A DNA stretch of 64,000 nucleotides from Octopus bimaculoides (Eukaryota). This document shows positions 36,690 to 48,302 of this stretch, in pieces. The first letter of the stretch is position 1, and each line of letters opens with the position of its first letter. A program made the translations under genes and the position numbers. The stretch is taken from NCBI RefSeq assembly GCF_001194135.2, contig NC_068984.1, positions 64,670,579 through 64,734,578 of the forward strand, written 5' to 3'. Below the pieces are notes generated by a model. The model ran no database searches, was not told the DNA's origin, and worked only from the letters and a program-made list of their open reading frames with translations.

Positions 36690-38380
36690 CTGATGTTTGT
36701 CCACCAACTCCCAATGATGGCCTCTTCTTTTGTTTCTGTTTTCTTTCATGATGTACATTCCAATCCTTGATACGAAGCTCCGGTCACAGCCAGGGTTGGT
36801 TGGAGAGATCAGATATTAACCTAGGTGCATACCCTTTTCCTTGCTTCTCTTTGGAGTATTTAAATACGTTTCTCTTTCCTAGCTTTAATCCTCTTTCAAA
36901 GGAGGATAGTAGGACGGATAACGATATTTCTTCCACATTTGAAGGACTGATGTTGCTCCTTTTCAAAGTGACCTTCGGTAGGTCTTTGAACCAATTCTTT
37001 GGTCTTTCAGCCAGGCGTCGAACATGGGGCAGTTGACCGTAGAACATCTGACAAGGGAGAGGCGCACGACATGTCACTTCCACTTCAGTTTGCTTTTGAA
37101 TTCAATTCTGAATTCAATGTAGTTGGGGTTGGTTCAACGAAAGATTTTGTATACATAATATTAACACATCAGAAGACTGATAACTTCTAGAAACACACAG
37201 TATTAAAAGTCTCCAAAGTCCTAATGTATCAGTTGCATCTAGAAAGTGGTATGGAAGCTCAGGTTAATGTTTAAAGAAGCCTGTCTGAGATAATATAGAA
37301 TTTGCTCAGCAGTCGTTGAAATGATACTGCCTAGGTGTTCTATCGGAGAGATGAGCCCTGTAACTGATGCAATGAGAAAGTGTTGTGTCTCTGCGTGGGG
37401 AGAGAGAGTAGGAGGGCGCTGCAGTGTTTCTTTGGCAAATAATCTCAGTTTTCTTGACGTTAATTGTCAGGTTCATTCTTTCATAAGCTATAGCAGTTGC
37501 TCAGACGATGGTTCGTAGGTCTACTAGAGTACAGCCATCAACATTCATTCAGTCGTTCGATCTATTCAGAGCTGTGCTTGATAATGATGGCCAGCAACCT
37601 TCTGGTGCTGGAAACGTTTCCGGTGAGTCCAAAAGTAAACAATGACTTTCACTCTCCTTTCAGTTAGCGGTGTAAAAGTGTGTGTATGGAGGGGGGAGTG
37701 TCATACAAATAAGGCAGATATGAAACAGAACGGTAGCCAATACGTAACCTTACCTAACTCCTGTTCTTACAATAAAAGGCTCACCAAAATGAACTTGAGC
37801 CACCATCCTTGTGTGCAAATAGCGAAGGAGTTTACACGAATTTGAGCGAGCAATCAAATTTTCTGAGAACATTCCACAAACGTTCCTTGTTTACAATATC
37901 AAAAGTATTTGATAGATTCGCAAATGTCATGAACAAGACTTGATATTTCATTTTAACAATTCTCCTGAAACTGCCTTGCAACGAAGATCATGTCCACCCT
38001 ACCTCTGTCTCTACAAAAACCACACTGTAACTATATGGTTTCTGATATTGAGTGGACCAGTTTCTTTTTAGCACGATCTTGTTCTAAGATTTCTCCAGCA
38101 ATGAACAACGGCGAAAGAACCCACACTTTTGGAACAAACAGATTCACTCCACTCCCTGTTTGTTTTTGTTTTTTTCATTTTCTTCCGTAAATGACAACAG
38201 TATTGGTATCCTCCAGTGTTAAAGCATTTGCCCCTGGTTCCACGTTTCTCTGAGCGTAGCAGTGAAGCGTTCTTGCGTAGAGTTAACTTGATTCCTTCAA
38301 GATCTTTAAACGTGTCAAGGTTCTCCCCTAATTTAAATGTTTTGATGGCAACTTCAGTAAAGGTCGTTGAATAGAAGATG
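36690..38380 (-). mobile_element. Decayed RTE-clade LINE: reverse transcriptase through the C-terminal end, with many stops and frameshifts
   Basis: Minus-strand motifs occur in RTE order: QCGFCRDRGRVDMIFVARQFQE (~38027-37962), TFDIVNKERLWNVLRKF (~37909-37855), EPFIVRTGVR*GYVLATVLF (~37780-37722), VDGCTL (decayed YADDC, ~37540), LTINVKKTE (~37465), IRTLETF, LPCQMFYGQLPHVRRLAERPKNWFKDLPKVTLKR, CDRSFVSRIG. Confidence 0.92.
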
Positions 38381-39271
38381 AGAATGCACGCACATATACA
38401 CACACGCACACAAAGATATGTATATACACGCACTATAATTTAGATAGATTGGAAATGAAGTGAATAGTATACGTGAAAAATAACTAAATAAATTGAGATA
38501 TACCTTTTAGTAGGAGAAAGGAATAAATAGCAGTAAAAAAACAATAAATACCAGTAAAATTTATTAGCGACTCTCAAGAGAATGGGGAAATAATTTTCAA
38601 AAACTCAAAATTAATGTTACAGAAAATTGAATTTTCATGCTTGGTGTGAGACTTAATAAGCGAATTAATTCTCAAGTCTGTTTTGAGTAGTATACAGATT
38701 CTTTACACATAGAAACGCAAGAAATTTTGACCCCGAGAAAGCTAATGACACGAAATGGAATGGAATGTTGGTAAAAGTCTTATACTACTTACTGATGTGA
38801 GAGTGCGCGCTTGCATTTATGCGTGCATGCGCACACTCACTCACTCACCTACGAACACAAATTGTTCTAAATGAACAGAAAAATACGCATCCCTATGTAT
38901 CTAGAGGTGCGGGTGTGATACACACAGACACACACACTCGCTCAAACATATGCTGTATTCATGTGTCCTCTGTGTGCGTGTGTGTGTGTGTGTGTAAAAT
39001 AAAATGTTGCCAAACGTAAGAGAATTCCACAAATAAAAAAACTACATTGTTTATGTTTCTTTGATGTTGGTCAGCCAGGAGAGAAAGAGAGAGAAGGGGG
39101 TGAGATGGGTGGATATGTACGTATACGTAATATGTACGTGAGAATATATAATGTCTGGATACACACACACACAGGTGTGCGTGTGTCTAAGGTGAGAGAG
39201 AGAAAGGCATCTTTATATATATATATGGTAAACAGAAAGACGTGTGTTGAATCAGACTGTTACAATGTTAT

Positions 39272-39308
<37 letters not shown>

Positions 39309-39439
39309 GAAATACAGATATATTACATGTATACACGTGATAGACAGACAAACAGGCAGACAGAAATAGAAGAATAAGATATAGGGAAATGGAGATGAAT
39401 ACAGAAAGAGAATACGAAATCTAAGTAATAATTTCCAAG

Positions 39440-39456
39440 AGAACGACGACGACGAC

Positions 39457-39489
<33 letters not shown>

Positions 39490-39496
39490 GGTGGTC
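39440..39496. repeat. Stepwise trinucleotide chain (GAC)n(GAT)n(GGT)n
   Basis: Read directly. Confidence 0.9.
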
Positions 39497-39775
39497 ACAC
39501 TGTCGCTGACAACGACNNNNNNNNNNNNNNNNNNNNNNNNNNNNNNNNNNNNNNNNNNNNNNNNNNNGACACCTGACAAGGCGTTGAACTTTCTTTCCTG
39601 TGACATTGTGGAGGAAAACTAAGATGAGAAAGCGAGAGAGACACAGACAGTGAGTGAAGGGGAAGTTAGAGATGAGTAGGCTAGAGAGAGAGGGAGGAGG
39701 AGGAGGAGGAGGAGGAGGAGGAGGTAACCCAAAGAAAGTAAGAGAATGGTAACCTAAGAGGGATAGGAGAAAGAA

Positions 39776-39815
<40 letters not shown>

Positions 39816-40027
39816 GAAAAGAGAGACACACACACAAAAAAAAGAGAGAAAACTGAGACATTTCTGTCTTATCCCTCCGGTTAAATTTCAGCAATTTAAA
39901 AACACTTGGTGAGACTTTAAATGGTATATTGATGCATTCGATACCTCGTTGTCTCACCTACTTACTGCTACACGCGTGCAAATGCCGACAATAGCATTTT
40001 TATTTTTTTCACATCTGTACTTTATAT

Positions 40028-40058
<31 letters not shown>

Positions 40059-40079
40059 GATAAATAATAAATAATATTA

Positions 40080-40245
40080 TATACATGAATATATGGGTAC
40101 AGGACCTCACCAAGGGTGCAAATATCATGAAATACGTAAACAAACGAGGGAAAAACGAGTGAAGGACGTAAACAACGAGAAGAAAATGGAAAAAAGGACA
40201 AGTAAACACAGAGAAAGGGCCCTTCATCAGTTGTCGGCTGTCTGT
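40080..40245 (-). mobile_element. Penelope-like non-autonomous repeat fragment
   Basis: CTGATGAAGGG at 40230-40220, then a pyrimidine-rich body and ttggtgaggtcctgtaccc; same layout as 17745-17910; abuts (TA)n. Confidence 0.45.
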
Positions 40246-40719
40246 CTACTCCTCATGGTTTGCGAGCGAAAAGAAAATTGCACTCAGCTGCATAGAGTTA
40301 TTTCTCAGTCAACGCAGACACACACGCATTCGATGATTTCTAGTATAAAGTCGCTTAAAGTAACGCCTATTCTTGACTCGTAACTATACTTAATCGACCT
40401 GGATAAAAGGCAACGTTGATACCGGTAAATAGTAAACTTTGCTAGTCGTTGGGGAACTCCGACTAACTCGCAACTGATCGGCGTACACATGATACAGGTG
40501 GGTTTAGACCCAACATGGATATAAGTTAATAACGGCATGAGGGGGTCGTGATAACGTCATGATGACCCATGCCATGGATCGAAAATGGCTAAACAGAATG
40601 GAGTTTAACAAGCGCTAACACGCTATGTTAAATACAGCGTTTGGCAACGCCAGAAGTGTTTTATGTAGAGCGGTTTTATATACACCCACACAAACACATA
40701 CATATTTTTCTACTGTTTT

Positions 40720-41070
40720 TTATCTTTTTTTACTTGTCTCAATAATTAGACTGAGACCATGCTGGGGCACCACATTGAAGAATTTTTAGTTGGTTGAATA
40801 AGTCCTTATTTGGTTCAGTACATATCTGTTTTTTTTTTTGTTAAGCCTGGTACTTATTCTATCAACTTCTTTCGCCGAACCTCTAAGTTACGGGGGCGTA
40901 AACGCAACAAACACACACTCATGACGGGTTTCTTTCAGTTTCCGTCTACCAAATCCATTCACAAAGCTTTGGTTAACCCTAGGGTATAGCAGAAGACGTC
41001 CAAGATGTCACACTGGGACTAAACCCAGAACAAGGTAGTTGGGAAGCAAGCTTCTTACTTCCTGCACCTA
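40720..41070 (-). mobile_element. SINE family A, near full length
   Basis: Tail tacttgtctcaataattagactgagaccatgctggggcacc, core ttctttcagtttccgtctaccaaatccattcacaaagctttgg, head ending cctgcaccta. Confidence 0.88.
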
Positions 41071-41409
41071 CACACACACACACACGAGTAAGACAAATGG
41101 CAAAATCCATGAAGTGGAGTAGGTAACTGAGAAAGGAAGGATTGAAAATCATATATACAGAGATTGTTCATTGGCGGGAAACATAATACACTTTTTCTTA
41201 GCCGCAGATTAGATTTAGATGAAGGGTTCTAGACGTCACAAAACGTCTTTTTTTTATGTATATCAGGGACTGCATCCTCTTATGCCATATTTTATACAGG
41301 TTGTTTTCGTTCTTACATCGGATCGTGTGACTTGAAGATTTGGTTTGCTATTCCTAGTTGTTCGAACGACTGTGTAAGTGCTGCCTCGTGTGTGTGTGTG
41401 TTTTATTAC

Positions 41410-41570
41410 TTAGTAGGTCAACCTTGATCGAGCAAGGTCTATTATAAAAGGTTTTCCAACCACGGCCTGTGTTTTTTAAAGGGTGTATCTAGGACATTAC
41501 CTAATGCATGTCCTCTTTTTTTGTTTTTTAAGACGGTGTGATTTACAGGAAACATGGATGATATTCCATG
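41410..41570 (-). mobile_element. Repeat family E
   Basis: aggtcaaccttgatcgagcaaggtctattataaaaggttttccaaccacggcc...aagacggtgtgatttacagg. Confidence 0.55.
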
Positions 41571-42066
41571 CATGACAAACGACCACGTAAATGTTCCTCA
41601 ATTAGCTACCGTGTGTGTGTATATATAGTTCTGTGCATGGCACTTACCAAACTTGTCATGCAAAACTTTGGGTTTTTGAGCTACTGTTGTCGAATGAAAA
41701 TAATTAGTATGTGTGTGTGTGTGTGCGCCCGTGTGTGTGCAAGACACAACACCTAGTTCTTAGGATCACTTTCAATCAATGTCAATGTCGAATAAAAATG
41801 CAAAATTTGTATTCATTTATATATATCTTAAAGCAAGCACCACACGGCTAGCATTCAAGTAGGAAACACCAGCTGAGAAATACATGCATATACATATTCA
41901 TAATTACGAACAACATATGAACATAGATAGATAGATAGAGAGAGCTATAGAGATAGAGAGAGAAACCGGAAGTCGTGTCACCGGAAGTTTTCTCAAACAA
42001 CATAAATTTCTCATATAGAGACCGACAAAAGCAATTAAAACAGTTTTAATTGCTATTTTTATAATC

Positions 42067-42292
42067 CTTTCTACTATAGGCCACAAAGCCTGAAATTTTA
42101 GAGGAGAGATCTATCGATTACATCGGCCCCACGGTTTCACTGGTACTTATTGTGTCAAATACGAAAGGATGAAAGACAAAGTCAATATTGACGGAATTTG
42201 AACTAAGAAGATTTAAAAAAAAAAAAAAAGCGAGAAAAGTTGCGAAGCATATTGTCCGGCTTGATAACGATCCTACCAGTTCGATGCTGTTA
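42067..42292 (-). mobile_element. SINE family C
   Basis: ctactataggccacaaagcctgaaattt...ggtacttattgtgtcaaatacgaaaggatgaaagacaaagtc...ggaatttgaact...aacgatcctaccagttcg. Confidence 0.8.
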
Positions 42293-42529
42293 TTATAATA
42301 ATAAACCCTACTTTTTACCTACATTTTCCCTTATGTTTGTATATATACGTATGTGAGTATATATAAACATACCAACATATATACATACATCCAGATACCA
42401 CACAACACGCACATTTATACCTGTCTACATATGGATTCATTTGACTGTGTAAGTCTATCGACACATCCACACCACGTAGTTTTGCGTACAGCCCTACTGC
42501 GTGACATCTTGGGATACTACAGCCCCGGG

Positions 42530-43067
42530 CACGAAATTTGTTTTTCCACGAGAATTCCGGACCCTAGTTATGAATTCATTTGCATACAGCCAATCAGAAC
42601 TCAACTATCAAACTGAGCGCATAACATGTGGTGGGCGATAAGATAAGGTCACTTGGGTAAGGAAGGAATGACCATGCTTCTTATCTCTTTTAATAATACT
42701 TGTTCTTGTTTCAACCATGACTGCCTCTGCGTAGTTACTTGTGTTGTTACTTACTTTGTAAAACAGGGAAGAGGATTGCTTACACATCAACCTCTACTTA
42801 TGTTTTCACCATCCACATCTTTACTATATGGAGCCCTAACAAAATCCGATAATAGGTATAGATGCAAATCTATCTAATAACCTGTCTCCTTCTGAAATAA
42901 GGGATAACTTGGCGATCAGTCGACTTACAACACCGTTCTTCGTCTTCAGTTTACTTGGTAGAATGTGTTTGTTAACTTGACAACAAGGTCAAGGCGAGCT
43001 CTGATTGGCTGTATGCAAATGAGTTCATTACTGGGGTCCGGAACACTCGTGAGAAAATAATTTCGCG
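42530..43067. mobile_element. Non-autonomous TIR DNA transposon (MITE), 538 bp, with about 73 bp TIRs
   Basis: Arms 42530-42602 and 42996-43067 are about 85% identical in inverse orientation by manual alignment; CCCCGGG is repeated on both flanks (42523-42529, 43068-43074). Confidence 0.88.
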
Positions 43068-43140
43068 CCCCGGGCCGACCAAATCCTTTTGAGTCAATTT
43101 GATAGATAGAAACTGTGCGTATGAGTGAGTGAGTGAGTGG

Positions 43141-43228
<88 letters not shown>
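43141..43228. repeat. (GA)n microsatellite in the SINE A linker
   Basis: Read directly. Confidence 0.95.
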
Positions 43229-43231
<3 letters not shown>

Positions 43232-43797
43232 AGGGAAAGAGAGGAGACAGATACTGTGTGTAGGTCCTTGTGCTTGTGTCTGTCCTCACCCCACATCACC
43301 GCTTGGCAACCGGTGTTGATTTGTTTATATCCCTGCAACATAGCAGTTCGGCGAAAGAGAGATTGATAAGAATAAGTTCTAGTATACTTTTTAAAAAGTA
43401 CTAGATCGATTTGCTCAGCTAAAACCCTTCAAGGAAATGCCCTAGCATGGCCGCTGTCCAATGACTAAAACATGTAAAAGATAGATACATAACACATGCA
43501 CACGCACACACACAAGGGGCGAAATATGTAGGAGTTCCAGCTGGTGTGGTGTTGATATCTGATTACTTAACATTTTGACTTCGATGGCGCATGCGTGTGA
43601 CTATACACGGATGCGCGCACGTTGCTGATGAATGATTAGGTAAAACAGAGTAAACAAACCGCGATACCAAGTTTACGTCTTCACTCAATATAGCATGCGC
43701 TGCAATATATTCGTAATACACATACAGTTATGCAATAACATATACCAAATTTCGACTTTCATGATTATCATTTAATCTAGTAACCTATGTGTGTGTG

Positions 43798-43849
<52 letters not shown>

Positions 43850-43855
<6 letters not shown>

Positions 43856-44290
43856 AACAAAGGCGCAATAGAGAACAATAAAATATTCGGACTGATAGAC
43901 GATACAAAGGCGGACAGGAAAAAAGACCTTCTTTCATCAGTCAAGTGTACCAGAAGTCCTTACTGTTTCGGGCAGTTACACTTGAGACAGTTCGATCTGG
44001 TTGCCCCGCAAAAAGTCAGAGTTAAGAGCATTAGAATTTTTTGTAAGAAAGCTACCGAATATGTACAGCAACAAAGACAGTAACAAATGCAAACAACAAG
44101 AAAATAACAACAGGTGTCTTTCGACTGAGAACGAATCAAATTGAGTTGGTGTGTATGAAGTGAAAGCCTAAAGGCAGGAACATGGGAGATGGACATAAGA
44201 GGTGTTGGCGGTTGGCAGTCAGGCCAAGAAAGAAAGATCATGGCTGGCTGGACACCGGTCACGTGGAAGGAGGAGAGAGGGGTAGGGTGC
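43850..44290 (-). mobile_element. Penelope-like repeat with several hammerhead-like remnants
   Basis: Minus-strand motifs cagtcGAAAgac (~44120), cccGAAACaGTA (~43965) and CTGATGAaagaagg (43940-43927); the terminal ~70 bp are duplicated at 44590-44660. Confidence 0.45.
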
Positions 44291-44584
44291 AGTGGGTTGA
44301 AGGACTAGAAAAAAAACATCAGAGGCAACGGGAGAGGTACAAGGGAGATAAACAAGGAGGAAAGGTATGAGTTAAAGAAGGAGAGGGCCAAGAAATGAGA
44401 GAAAGAGAGAGAGAGATAGAAAGAGAGAGAGAGGGAGAGAGAGAGAGAGAAAGCGAGAATAAGAAAAGAGGAAGAAAGTATGAGGGACTAAAAGATAGAG
44501 TAAGAGTCACACAAAATTTAGATAAATACCTACTATAAGGTGAGCACATGTGTGTACGTACGCCGCTATATGTATATATAAATA

Positions 44585-44735
44585 TTAAGAAATGGAACAA
44601 AAACGCAATAGAGGACAATAAAACAATCGGACAGATAGACTATGCAAAGGCGGACAGGAGAAACAACAATTAGAAGGACAGGTCATTCGTGGCCAGGTCA
44701 AGACAGGTCATTCATGGCCTTCTTTCATCGATAGC
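44585..44735 (-). mobile_element. Second copy of the 43850 repeat end
   Basis: ggaacaaaaacgcaatagaggacaataaaacaatcggacagatagactatgcaaaggcggacagga aligns with 43853-43920; contains a 25 bp internal tandem duplication (gacaggtcattcrtggcc). Confidence 0.7.
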
Positions 44736-45040
44736 TTCGGGCCAACCAAAACGTTGTAAGTGGATTTGGTAGGCGGAAACTAAAAGGCCGTCGTATATAT
44801 GTATGTGTATGTGCATCTATCTATCTATCTATCTATCTATCTATACATATATATATATATATATTGTATATACATGTACAAGATACACACACACATATTA
44901 GGTATATACATGTAGAAGATGTATATATAGGCGCAGTCCCACTGCGTGGCAGCTTGGGCGAGTATCTTCTACTACAGCCTTGGACCAACCAAAGCCTTGT
45001 GAGTAGATTGGGTAGACGGAAACTGAAAGAAGCTTGTCGC
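44735..45040 (+). mobile_element. Two SINE family A fragments (44735-44800 and 44928-45040); the second has an internal head deletion
   Basis: gggccaaccaaaacgttgtaagtggatttggtaggcggaaact; and aggcgcag|tcccactgcgtggcagcttgggcgag...ggaaactgaaagaagc running into (TA)n and a gap. Confidence 0.85.
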
Positions 45041-45679
45041 ATATATATATATATATATATATNNNNNNNNNNNNNNNNNNNNNNNNNNNNNNNNNNNNNN
45101 NNNNNNNNNNNNNNNNNNNNNNNNNNNNNNNNNNNNNNNNNNNNNNNNNNNNNNNNNNNNNNNNNNNNNNNNNNNNNNNNNNNNNNNNNNNNNNNNNNNN
45201 NNNNNNNNNNNNNNNNNNNNNNNNNNNNNNNNNNNNNNNNNNNNNNNNNNNNNNNNNNNNNNNNNNNNNNNNNNNNNNNNNNNNNNNNNNNNNNNNNNNN
45301 NNNNNNNNNNNNNNNNNNNNNNNNNNNNNNNNNNNNNNNNNNNNNNNNNNNNNNNNNNNNNNNNNNNNNNNNNNNNNNNNNNNNNNNNNNNNNNNNNNNN
45401 NNNNNNNNNNNNNNNNNNNNNNNNNNNNNNNNNNNNNNNNNNNNNNNNNNNNNNNNNNNNNNNNNNNNNNNNNNNNNNNNNNNNNNNNNNNNNNNNNNNN
45501 NNNNNNNNNNNNNNNNNNNNNNNNNNNNNNNNNNNNNNNNNNNNNNNNNNNNNNNNNNNNNNNNNNNNNNNNNNNNNNNNNNNNNNNNNNNNNNNNNNNN
45601 NNNNNNNNNNNNNNNNNNNNNNNNNNNNNNNNNNNNNNNNNNNNNNNNNNNNNNNNNNNNNNNNNNNNNNNNNNNNNNN

Positions 45680-45718
<39 letters not shown>

Positions 45719-46201
45719 AAGAAAGATATGTATATATCTGTGTATACGTATATACGTGTGATTATACATATGCGAAGAAACTCGTGAGAGACATAGATAA
45801 TCACCTAGTTCGTCAGATGTGCAGGATCAATGCACACGTGCACGCACGCACGCACGAAAGCACGCACACATGTAACGGTGTGCTGAAGAAGTTCGTCCGA
45901 ATTCGATATCACAATGCCACATTCTGGGCAAGTGTCTTTTTTCGCATGGTTGACTCATGGTTGACTCATGGTTGACTTATGACTAATAAATACTGGCTAG
46001 ACAGGAACTTTGATTATATTGGTTTTACAGGTCCATATTATTTCACGGAAAATTCTTTCGAGAATTACGTCAAGTGTCCACATGTCTATGCTATGAATTA
46101 CTCACACTTTTAGACGTTAATCAAACGAGTATTTCTATTCATCGAATTCTCATTGTATGTATGTGCGCGCATGTATACACACACACACACACACAAATAT
46201 A

Positions 46202-46417
46202 CAAGGGGGTGTTGAAAAGTTCCTGGCTTTGGGTAAAAGAAAATCCAGGAGGATCAGTTATTTATGATTTTATTCAACGTATTCCCCTCTCAAATTCAAA
46301 CACCTATTGCAGTGGCCTTTCAGTTTTTCTAAGCCTGTAAAAGAACTCTGAAAGCTGGGTCTTCAAACAGCCCTTTCGCCACACCCTTAAAACCAGGAGT
46401 TTTTCAGCACACTCTCG
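46202..46417. mobile_element. Tc1/mariner-type MITE, 216 bp
   Basis: TA target duplications at 46200-46201 and 46418-46419; about 29 bp imperfect TIRs caagggggtgttgaaaagttcctggcttt / aaaaccaggagtttttcagcacactctcg, similar to mariner CGAGGG-type ends. Confidence 0.82.
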
Positions 46418-46924
46418 TATATCCATACACACATGCATACACATACGCACGCACAAACATCTCTCTCTCTCTCTCTGTACCAAACGACTGTTAACTCCAA
46501 AATATCGTGAATATACAGTAAGCTTAAGAGACTAAAGCAAGCTGTNNNNNNNNNNNNNNNNNNNNNNNNNNNNNNNNNNNNNNNNNNNNNNNNNNNNNNN
46601 NNNNNNNNNNNNNNNNNNNNNNNNNNNNNNNNNNNNNNNNNNNNNNNNNNNNNNNNNNNNNNNNNNNNNNNNNNNNNNNNNNNNNNNNNNNNNNNNNNNN
46701 NNNNNNNNNNNNNNNNNNNNNNNNNNNNNNNNNNNNNNNNNNNNNNNNNNNNNNNNNNNNNNNNNNNNNNNNNNNNNNNNNNNNNNNNNNNNNNNNNNNN
46801 NNNNNNNNNNNNNNNNNNNNNNNNNNNNNNNNNNNNNNNNNNNNNNNNNNNNNNNNNNNNNNNNNNNNNNNNNNNNNNNNNNNNNNNNNNNNNNNNNNNN
46901 NNNNNNNNNNNNNNNNNNNNNNNN

Positions 46925-46959
<35 letters not shown>

Positions 46960-47927
46960 TAATTATGATCTGTGTATTGCCCTCGCAAGATATACTGTGC
47001 TGTTTCAATTTTGTTTAAATTCTCGATTTTGCACTTGTTTTCCGCTTATTTTTACTGGTCGACATACTTTCTCGTATCCGTAAAATATCCTTGATAAAAA
47101 CCTTTCAAACCCCACCCAATCACATCACAATATAACAATTGTCATGTCACAGTAAATCTGGTTTATCCATTTTCACTACATTAGAGACAAGATGAAACCA
47201 AACGACACAGTAAAAGCAAAAAGATGAAAGATACGAGACAACGTGATTGAGGACAAACAGACAAATAAATATTTAAATCTATAAATATTTGAATAAACAA
47301 GTGACAAACAAAATAATATAGGCAGTATAAATTGATCTACTGCATAAGCTGACGAATCAGTTCCCAAAATCTCAATGTATTACAGTGGAAGATGCAATGA
47401 CATTTTACCAGTGGTCTTAAAGTTCACTTAAGTACAGTGAGTAGCTAATGTGTGTTACAGATCTTTCTGGAACATCCAGCACTCAGAACATGAAGCAGAG
47501 ACAGAATGCCAAGAAGTCAACGCGACAGCTTCAGCGTCGCTGTTCGACCTATTAGAAATATCAGTTAAATTTTCCACAAATTACACCTAAGGAATTCATG
47601 TGTTAATCGAAACACTTCGCAATATGAACAAATGAATTAAAGATGAAATGGGTTAGAGCATAAATCCAACTAAAAGACAATGTTATAGCCATGACATTAT
47701 ATTGATATTTGGATCTTTTCAAATTATATTTTGTGGTACAATAAAGATTGGTGCGAAACTAAATTTATATAAAATGTAATCAAATCGTTTTCCAGATATT
47801 CTGAAACGGATGCTTTCATACTGCTTGCATATTTATCGTCACACACACACACACACATGTAATGTCGTGTATGTAAGTATGTCTACTCCATTTTGTATGT
47901 GTGTGAGTGTTTGTATGTGCATGTAAC

Positions 47928-48302
47928 GTGGCACTCCGTCGGTTACAACGAAGAGGGTTCCCGTTGTTCCGATCAACGGAACAGCCTGCTCGTGAAATTA
48001 ATGTGCAAGTGGCCGAGTACTCCACAGACACGTGTACCCTTAACGTAGTTCTCGGGGAGATTCAACGTGACATAGAGTGTGACAAGGCTGGCCCTCTGAA
48101 ATACAGGTATAACAGAAACAGAAAAAAAAGAAAGTTGTGGTGAAAGAGTACAGCAGGGTTCGCCACCGTCCCCTGCCGGAGCCTCGTGGAGCTTCAGGTG
48201 TTTTCGCTCAGTAAACACTCACAACGTCCGGCCTGAGAGTCGAAACCGCGATCCTACAACCGCGAGTCCGCTGCCCCAACCACTGGGCCATTGCGCCTCC
48301 AC
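47928..48302 (-). mobile_element. SINE family B, full length with intact A and B boxes
   Basis: Reverse-complement head gtggaggcgcaaTGGCCCAGTGGttggggcagcggactcgcggttgtaggatcgcGGTTTCGACTCtc; body colinear with 10885-11249. Confidence 0.92.

Larger units (their letters stand above)
42455..43485 (+). mobile_element. SINE family A split by a DNA transposon insertion (head 42455-42529, remainder 43068-43485)
   Basis: ...ctactgcgtgacatcttgggatactacagccccggg | insert | ccccgggccgaccaaatcc...(GA)n...tail aatgactaaaacatgtaaaaga. Removing the insert restores the family A consensus. Confidence 0.85.

Noticed and set aside
48225-48302. tRNA gene
   Set aside because: It has A and B boxes but continues into a multi-copy SINE body and lacks a proper acceptor stem; it is a SINE head, as are the other A/B-box hits.
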